In this document: positions 53,264 through 62,489 of the stretch, piece after piece
How the letters are laid out: the number at the start of each line of letters is the position of its first letter
Position numbering within the stretch: position 1 is the first letter of the stretch
Assembly (NCBI GenBank): GCA_000697335.1
Contig: JNEM01008377.1
Span: 1 to 62,489 of the forward strand
Length of the DNA stretch: 62,489 nucleotides
Direction of reading: 5' to 3'
Source: Conidiobolus incongruus B7586
Lineage: Eukaryota
Translations under genes and position numbers: made by a program
The notes under the pieces: generated by a model
Databases searched by the model: none
Told to the model about the DNA's origin: nothing
Seen by the model: only the letters and a program-made list of their open reading frames with translations

Positions 53264-54277
53264 TTAGTTGGTGCTTTGAGCCAATGCTAAAAGACTTAGA
53301 CCAGCTTCATATTTTTTGTTATGAAGATTTTCTCCTTCTGAATATTGAATAGGTCCTTTGATGCTATATCGACGGTAATATGGTAATTCAGGAGATGTTG
53401 AACCTTGTGCAGAGAATGAATGGCGCATTTGAACTGGTGAAGAACTGTTGGGTCTGACAGAGGAAGGAGGGGAGAGAGGAGTAAGGGTAGGTTGTTCGTC
53501 CAAGGATGTTCCGTTGAGCAAGCTCTCGATTCCGGGTAGAGAAAATGTAGACGCCCTGCGCATTTGTGTGGAAGGAGAGTATTGATAAGGATGGTAACCG
53601 TGATGGCGGGAAGGATATGAACTAGATTCCATTGAAAAATTGGATCTAGGTTTTTTCTTTTGATAATCTTTTTTGATTGTTATATCTGAGTTTTGATACT
53701 CTTTCTTAAGAGGAATTTGAGAAGGAAGTGTTGTAACAGCAATAGCATGTGACTCCAAAGCGGGTGGTAGGAAATTTTTCATCCTACTTCCCTTGCTTTT
53801 AGAGGATAAGAATTGAGGATGTGAAGGAGGGAGAGCGGCATGGACAAAGTCTTCACCAAACAGAATTGTTAAATGGTGACGGATAGGATAGCAGGTACGA
53901 ACAGCTAATTGATAAGCGTATTCGTATGCAATCCAGGTACCCTGGATATTGATATCACCACCGCGAAGTCTCCAGATATAGTCATTGAGTTGAGGGTAAT
54001 GGTGAAGGATCTTAGTCACTTCTTCATTACCTCTTCCCAAAGCTTTCCATATGCCGGTCCAAAAAACGTGTCCACCTTCACAATCCCATCTCACCACAAA
54101 ATCGGGTGTGTTGGGACAGGATATCTTATACTCTAAAGTTCTAAGATAGCCATGTGGATTGACGCTTGTGGAGTATTGAGCGGTAGTAACGCTGACGTTA
54201 GGTATGACAGCGCGCTCAGGATAGTTAGGGCGAAGTGCGGAAGTAGAAGATGGATATGGGGACATAGATGTAACCAT
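53264..54277 (-). CDS. APSES/KilA-N domain transcription factor (Xbp1-like)
   Basis: VRWDCEGGHVFWTGIWKALG, RLRGG..NIQGTWIAYEYAYQLA.RTCY.IRH.L..LFG..F, followed by a low-complexity tail with SLPGIESLL and AGLSLLALA. Confidence 0.9.
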   Translation of the reverse strand: MVTSMSPYPSSTSALRPNYPERAVIPNVSVTTAQYSTSVNPHGYLRTLEYKISCPNTPDFVVRWDCEGGHVFWTGIWKALGRGNEEVTKILHHYPQLNDYIWRLRGGDINIQGTWIAYEYAYQLAVRTCYPIRHHLTILFGEDFVHAALPPSHPQFLSSKSKGSRMKNFLPPALESHAIAVTTLPSQIPLKKEYQNSDITIKKDYQKKKPRSNFSMESSSYPSRHHGYHPYQYSPSTQMRRASTFSLPGIESLLNGTSLDEQPTLTPLSPPSSVRPNSSSPVQMRHSFSAQGSTSPELPYYRRYSIKGPIQYSEGENLHNKKYEAGLSLLALAQSTN

Positions 54278-57200
54278 AGTAGATATGTATGTATATATAA
54301 ATATAATATAATATAATATAATATAATATAAAAGAAAGATAAAGAAATAAAAATTTGAATGACGTGAGAAGGAAATCAGAGAGGGTATTTATACTCCAAA
54401 TTTTCGATTTTAAATGCATATTTGATATCCATAAGGTTTAATTGATTTTACCACACGCTTTTCAACCTTATGATCACTGTTTACTTCCATAATGATTGGT
54501 TCAGTTAATAAATGCAATTCACAATGGTATTTAAGGGTTTATTACGGAGGTAGATTGATTTTGAATGTAAATGTTATTGGATAGAAGCGCGAAATGAGGC
54601 CATTATAGTGCAAGTCCCAGGCTTTCATCAGCTACCCCAGTCAGACCCAAATTACTGCTTTTATTAGGAGAAATTAATTGAAGTGAGCATTTTAATTAAT
54701 TCGAAATCAATTTGTAACACATTTTTGATTTGATAATTTGAATTTTACGGCCTAAACCCTTCAACTTTTTTCCTGTTTAATATAAAGGTATTCAAGTTTA
54801 CCTACTTATATTGCCTAGGTTTCAAACTTGTAATTACTTTTGAATTAGATTGAAATTATCTCTATCCACTTAATTTTATCAAAATCCGAAAAATTAAATC
54901 AAGATGGTAACAAGTGAAACAAAATTGCACTATTAATTATAAGTTACAAAATTTATTTTCGACAATAGTATTGTGAACATGATTACTTTGAGATATCGTG
55001 GTAAGTTAATAGAAGGTTATACTATCACACTCGTTCGTGAATATGTATCAGTGTAATGTTACCTAGCATTCATATCACCTATTCAAAATCCTCATAAAAC
55101 CATATTAGAAGGACTATTTAATTAAAATGGATTCAAGACAACATAATTACAGATAGCCATCATTGAAACATGATAGGTGAAATAATTATATTAATTAGTA
55201 TCCATATAATTTGATTTATTGAACACATGCCGAATTGGTGAATTTAGTGCCAATACTAATGCTACCAAGGTAAATATTTAATTAAAAGTTTCAAAGTCAA
55301 TCATTTAGCCAATCTTTGAATTTAAATTGATTTCGAAGTTTGTTGACTATGCAGTTCGAATTCAACCATGCTACTTAGTGATTGAAGCTTTGACAACGAC
55401 GTGGAAAGTATAACAGAATAAATAGCATTGGCTTTTGCAAACAATGCCTTATGATCATTATATTACTTTAATAATATTACTATTAGGTGGGAATTTAAAA
55501 ATATTCTAATTTTAGTAATTTATTCAAATGACCAGAATACAGAGAAATCATAAAGTCCATAGTTAAAATCACGATTAATTCAAGTTATTTTTCATGGTAA
55601 GTTCCCACTAATTTAAGTCGATTATAAATTTAATCTAACCACTTCAATCAACGCAACAAACTTCAAAATACAGTGGAATAAAACATAATAAAAATATGAG
55701 ATAAATCTATATCAAACAAAATATTTCATTTAAATGGGTATCAAATTGAATTTCATTGGCTCAATTAAATAAAAAAAAATTTAAAATAGATTAAAGAATA
55801 AAAATTAAAAAAATAATCTTACCAAATTAATCATATTAAGAGAAAATTATAAGTGATTTCACTAATTCTCTTTCAAAATAAAAGTTTATGTATAAAGTAA
55901 ATCACTCTTCAAATTGATTAGACATCTTTAAATTAACTGTATGCCTTGATAACAACTATTAATTAGTATTAATTGATATTCATTCATTATTTACTTGAAA
56001 AAAACGTAACTTTAACAACTTTTGAATGAGAAATCAATATTAAAGTAGTGAAAATTGAAGAATAAAGGATTAGGTAATAGAGGTTGTAATAAATAAATTA
56101 TTGAAAATTGAAGTATTAGTAATAATAAACAATAATATTATGCAAATTTGAGTGATGAACGAACAATTAGGTCAAATTTCATTTATTTTAGATTGATAGT
56201 TAATTAGTTTTTATTAAAATCGTCATAATTGAATAATGAATCATTTAAATTAGAAGCATCGAAATTAAATAGAGTAACTATCAATAAAACACAATCACTA
56301 GCACTTACATCAACTTAGAAGCTTCTTTTAATAAACACGGTTTGAATACTATGACAATAGGATAAGTTTTTTAAATCAAAGTGAAAATGAGTCAAAATAA
56401 ATGAATTATAGAGGATATTAAGTTTTACAATAATTGAAGTAAACTTGATTAGGGTGAAATATTAAATAATTTGAATCCATGCTCACTTTTAAGTCTTTAA
56501 AGTGGATTATATTGTTGGTGATTGAAATTTGATTTTGAATGTATAATGTCATTGGTAAAATTACGAGTGGTAAATTGCATCATTCAATAACTCTTAATTA
56601 TTGGAAGATCTTTAGCTCATCTTTAACCTTTTAAAGTCATAATTGATATTTGAATTGTCAAGATTAATTAATTTCTTAATTAATTAATTTAAATAACTAA
56701 TTTTGGGATTTTGATAAAAATTCGAATTGATTTTTAAAGGAAATTAACATTAATTTTTCTTAATAATAGGGGAATTCAAATAGATAAATTGGGTAATTTA
56801 TAATTAATATTTCATTTTATTTTTTTAAGAAAAAATCAATAAAATAAAAATTTTTTAATGCTTATATTCACCTCAATTTTAATGCAAATTTCGATCTGAT
56901 TTTAAAAAATAATTTTTTTATATTATTTGTTTTAATTATTTATTCATTCGCAAAAATCCAAATTCTATTTTTGTTAAAATCCCTATTCTTTAAAGAAACT
57001 AATTTTACAAATCCCATTAATAATTTTGATATTAATTTAACAATTTTGGTAAGTATTGAAAAGATTATGACTTTTGAAAAATGGTTAATTATACCCCAAA
57101 AAGTAACTCAAATTACCATAAACTAATAAAATTGTAGAGGAACAGGGACAAAAATCCGTGATCAATTTTGTAAAGGTTTATTCACTTATCATTTAACTGA

Positions 57201-60030
57201 TCAATTTCCCTCAATTGGAAATTCTGAGCTTTATATGGATCAAAATCAAAAGCAGCTATTTTTATATCTTCAAAATTATAAAAAAACATTAATACTGATA
57301 ATCAATTAAGACGGATATGGTTACTAAATACAAAGGATTAGATTTTGAAAAATGGATAAGAAAACATTAAACTGTGGTATGATTCAACATAAATAATAAT
57401 TTTAAAACTAACAGAATATCCAAAGTCTCAGATTGTAAGGTATTCAATTCAAATATCATTGAAATGTTTCTTTAGATTCGGATTAAGGTAATATAACTTT
57501 GATAAATATGGATTTAGAAATTGAGATTGATGATGATTCAGTATGTTGGAAATGATTGGATTTGAATACAAAAAACAACTACATCGTAATTTCTAAAATA
57601 ATAACTGTGTTAATCAAGGGATAATATAAGTGAGCTTTGGATCCTAAAAATTCCTATATGACTGGAATTAATCCAGCATGCATTTAGACTTTAATCGATA
57701 GATTGCTGAATTATTACTTCCTATTTTTTCCGATATCCTGTTTATTGTTAAAAATGAATATCCAATTTAATTACAATTAATTTAGGATTTCTTTATTTCT
57801 TTAAAGTAAAATTGAAAAAGTATTAAATTTCAATTTATATTATTATAATAAAATTTATTTCTATATTAATCTGGATAATTTTTTTATATATAATTAATAT
57901 TATTAAAATTATTTTAAAAATTGAATTATTAATTTAATTTTGAATAATTATTATTATATTCATTATTTTATCATCAGGTATTAGCATACTTTTAGCTTAA
58001 GAATGCATGTTAATTCAACTCAATGTTACATTGAAAAGTCATACTAAGAGAGATGAGGTAATTATCTTACATATTAATTGAGAATTCTGTTGCAATACTT
58101 TCAATCAATTTGTTTTTAATTAAACATGAGCTAGTGTAAATAAAATTGAGAAGAATTAGGATTGAAATTAACAATGATTGGTATAGTTCAGATTGTGGGT
58201 TGAGTAATTGAAGCAAAATTAACGAAGATGGTTAAGATCATAAAGAACTGTATCTTTACGATAAAATACTCGAAAATTGGATAAATTAATTTAATTTGAT
58301 TTGAGATTAAAAATATTGAGGAATGGGTTACAAAGAGTTTTGGACTAATATAGAAAAATTTACAATACTATTTTAATTGTGACAATATTGAAATAACTTT
58401 GAATTATTAACAAAAAAATCCAAAATTTGCAAAGTTAATCTTCAAATATATTATTATTTAATCAATAATCAACCAAAGAAAATCATAATATAATCATATA
58501 TTTTAGTTAATATTGATTACAATACCTCATATTATTCACACTATTATTTTATTAATACTTTACATAAAATTTTAATTAATTATTACAATTTCAATAAATT
58601 AAGTAAAATACTAATATTGATATTAATTATAAGTCACTTTTTCTAATTATTATATTTTATTCTTATTAATTTAATGTTTTTCTTTGTTACCCTATATATT
58701 ATTCAATTATTTGAATTTTAATAAATAATTTGATAATAAAAATATTTTTAAATTATTTTTATTATTATTATTATATTAATATTAATTGAATTTAAATTTA
58801 AATTAATAAAAAACTTAATATATCCTAATAATTATCAAATTAATTTGTTAAAATACAATAATTAATATAACTTAGTCTTAATTGATAAAGATGCTTATAC
58901 CAATAACAATTTAATAAATAGATTTACTAAAACCAAATAAAAAAAATATAATTTTCATAAATCAATATAAATATATACCCTAATCTTTTAATTATATATA
59001 TTTTTTAAATACATATTAATAAATTATTTACTATATATATATTTTTTAAAATTTAATTTAAAAATTTTTAATATTAAATAAAAATTAAAAATAATAAAAA
59101 AACAATATAATTAATAAATATTATATCAAATTCTTTATTTTAATAATTAACAAAAAAATTTAAATAAAAATATTAAATATATATATATATATATATATAT
59201 ATTTGGTACACTGTATTGAAAAAAAATTCAGACTTATTGTTAGTGTTATGTTTTATAATAAATTTTTTAATAAAAATGATTATTAGAAAAGTACGCGTAA
59301 TATCATTTAGTGAATTATTCATTAATCCTGTGTGTCTTAAAGCTGACTTACTGTTGAGATGTTGTAGCAGAATATTCAAAAAATACCTTCTTTCCATCCA
59401 TATCACTTCTGGGTTTAAATAATTCGTTCAGTGGAGTACATAGGATTTGGATAAATTCTAATAAGAGGAACTAAAGAACATTATTTGATTATGGACTAAT
59501 AAAGTCACTATAAATCTATAAATGAAGGGTAGTGTGGAATTAAGTATCGAATTGAGACGGATGGATAATTTCAAAATACAACATCAGATCATATTATATT
59601 ATAGAAAAATAAAATGACAAAAAAAATCTATTAAAATTGATATTTGATCTTAAATAATTTAAAATTGAACTAATAATTTTATTTTCAAAACTAGATCTAT
59701 ACTGTGAAAATAGTTAATTGTTGTTTATATCAATATTTGGTATATATACTTGAATCATATATATGCTTATAACATATTATTGCTCTTAAATTAAATCAAA
59801 TTAGATTTACCTATTGAATATCAATATTTAATGATTAAAAATCACAGTTAAAAAAATTAATATCAAGTAAAATAAAAATAATAAACAAAAATATATATAT
59901 TAACAGAAAATTTTAATTAAATATTTTAATAACAGCAAATTTTAAATGATACAAGGAATGGATGTGATGATATAAACAATTAAATTGCAATGAAATGCTG
60001 CAAATGATATGTTAATGTAATTAAACTACA

Positions 60031-62489
60031 TTAAATTTGTACATTTTTACACATGGTAACAATAATATTTTGTAATTCGGGATTATCTTGAATGTAGTCA
60101 GTAGGTGAAAAGTTGTACTTGGGATTGGTGCAGAGCTCAGTAAAAGTACAATAAATACCCCATGGATGAGGATTGTTGACCATTAAACGATCAATTAAAA
60201 CTCTACAATACTTAATTAATATTCATTCGAATTAATTAATCAACTTAATATTTTACCTGATAATTTGTTCTCTGCTATATTCATCATTAGCCTCTTCAAA
60301 AAGATGAAGTAAAACGGAGCTGAAGTAATGAGTATGAGAGTTAGGGTAACGGAGTTGATTGACAATCGCATTTAAAAAGTGGAAACGACCTACACAAGAA
60401 AGAATGAATAATCGGTATTAAAAAGCTATATGTTGAAAATCTTACCTTCAGCATCCAAATCAATGAATAATTGTTGGAAAATATCCATTGAAGTACTGTT
60501 ATTCAAATATGAAACATCAGATCTCTGGTTATTTTCGATACCTTGAAGACCAGTGTAAAATACTAAAGAATTGATTACTTCAACATCATAGGAAGATTCG
60601 GCTTTGCTGTTTTGTGAATAAAGATAGTTTCTTAAATTCAACAAGAATGAGATGGGCTCACGTGTCTTCAAGTATTGATCTAAATCTTGCAAGATGTTGT
60701 TGTTCTTGAGTGGAGTCTCATAGTCGGAAAGGATAAGGGGTGCCTTAGATTGTTCAGGAGAATCAGACTTGAAGGAAGGATCGTTAGGGAGAACAATATT
60801 GACATCCTTAGGGAAAGATCCCAAGATCAAGTTGCTAATTTGTAGGAATTTGGGAGGGATAACATTCATGAAGTCCATATGATAAGCGCATAAGAATTCA
60901 GGGAAATCTTGATATGTAAGTAAGGTAATTTTAAGAATACCCTTATACATAGTATCTCCAGATGCAGTGAGCAAAGAAGGCATTACGTGCTCAAGATATT
61001 TGAACATGGAGCAGAATAACTTTTGCATGAATGGCCATCCTTTTTGGTCAGGGAAATGCAGCAACTTAGGCATGAAGAATCTGTGCGAAATGAGAGCAAG
61101 CCATGAGAATGAGAAGCCAGGTAAAAAGCTTGGTACAAGAGTGTTAAGTGTATTTGCAACACTAACCAAAAGCTGGAAGTAAAGTGGACGAATATTTTCC
61201 TCTTGAACATGCAAACCGTATAAAATAGATGAAAAAATTCTGAACACAGGCTTTTGATTGAATCTAGTTCCAGATTTTTGATGATAATGAACCAGAATCA
61301 AAGAAATAACCGATAAAGTTCTGGTAAAAAGTTTCACCTTATCCAAATTTAAATCTTTAGAATTGGGGTCTTGATAATATTTAACTAATAATACAACCAA
61401 TTTGGCAAATGCATCCAATTTAAGGTAGGCAACTGTTGGATAAGAGTTGGAGTCCAAGGAGTAAGTTTGGAATTCGTCGATACAAGACTCGATACAGATC
61501 CTAGCAAACAAGGCTTGTGTTTCTTCATTAGCAAAAATTCGCTTCTGAATCAAAGATTGAATGTAGTCGGCAAGGTTCTGCTCATTGAAAGGAGTTAACT
61601 TGACAATACATACCCAATCGTTGAAGAGATTTTGGAGTTCTTGGAAGAGCAATTCGGTAGAGTTTTCTTTGACAGTGGATTGGAAGTGCTGCACTTCGTT
61701 CCAGAAGTTGATTAACTCTTCATTAGGTTGTTTAAGTTGAGGCAACTTGCCAAGTATTTGTAAACAATGAGTCCAATCAGAACTTCTGGATCCTTTAGGC
61801 TTCTCAGCGATGTACTTACGAATCAAATTTACAACATAGTCCAATACTGAGGAACGTCCAGATTCAATCATTTTAGCAAGTTGAACGTCAAGATCAGGCA
61901 AATGAATCAGACCAATTCTAATAAGTGCAATAGTGATTGGAACTACGTGCTTGCGCTCATCATCAGCGTAGGTTAACCATTGGCAAACTTCATATTTAGC
62001 TTTGGGAGAAGCTTCGCAAACGTTAGCTAAAATAACAACATATACCTCTCTAGCAAGAGCAGATTCATGTTTGTATAATCTGTGAACGAGTTTTTGGGTG
62101 AAAGCAAATGCAGCTTCATCAATATTATAGCATTGATCCATGAGATGGTTAATTTGGCCATGGAGGAAGCGAAAATCTTCATGGAAGGTAGATTCGTCGG
62201 TGGCATTTAAAACAACACGATCTAACTCGTTCAAAATATTGTTCAATTGCTCCATGATGAGTTGAGAGTGATTATGGTTGGGATCTAAATTGGCTGACTG
62301 ATAGGCATGTTGGGCATCAATTTCATAAGCAGCGGATTGAGAAGCACGAGTAATAAGATACAAATCTTCATATACACGAATCTGATTTTCAGTCAATCCA
62401 CTTGGTTTCAACTTGAAAACATCAGGCATATTCTTAGGATACTTATTAGGTACAAAGTAAGAAGGATCTGCACAAGGATGACCAGTATG
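60031..62489 (-). CDS. NOT1: CCR4-NOT scaffold Not1, C-terminal part (5' end outside the window)
   Basis: [53 protein letters not shown], then short exons with [14 protein letters not shown] and NNPHPWG. Confidence 0.96.

Noticed and set aside
54225..54419. 64-aa ORF overlapping the APSES start
   Set aside because: Its YYIIL repeats come from the ATATA simple repeat.
59173..59422. Overlapping 77-aa and 68-aa ORFs
   Set aside because: Low-complexity AT-rich translation (the 77-aa ORF runs into an (AT)n tract); no recognisable domain or coherent splice model.

Overview
Very AT-rich eukaryotic (fungal) genomic window with short (about 45-70 nt) GT-AG introns and GC-richer exons. Gene content and intron style suggest an early-diverging fungus (inference only). 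Intact genes: class I/II PLP aminotransferase, CoA-transferase III, RIB5, SER1, a DUF3295-like protein, BET3, dynactin p27, MTO1, two tandem ERG27-like SDRs, a TLC-domain protein, exportin-T (LOS1), ASH2/BRE2, CBP4, tRNA-Ser(GCT), a class 3 lipase, ARMT1/DUF89, an expansin-like protein, an APSES/KilA-N factor and the 3' part of NOT1. Three loci look damaged: an intron-containing, mitochondrial-type RlmN, an inverted aminotransferase copy and a Med11-like gene. Non-coding signals: a candidate structured RNA after SER1, a ~237-bp degenerate foldback, gene-conversion tracts between the ERG27 copies, a strand-oriented (T/A)CCCATA(A) promoter motif and a recurring GGATCACTT(GA) motif. I found no unambiguous new multi-gene system. 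All calls were made by eye without database searches.
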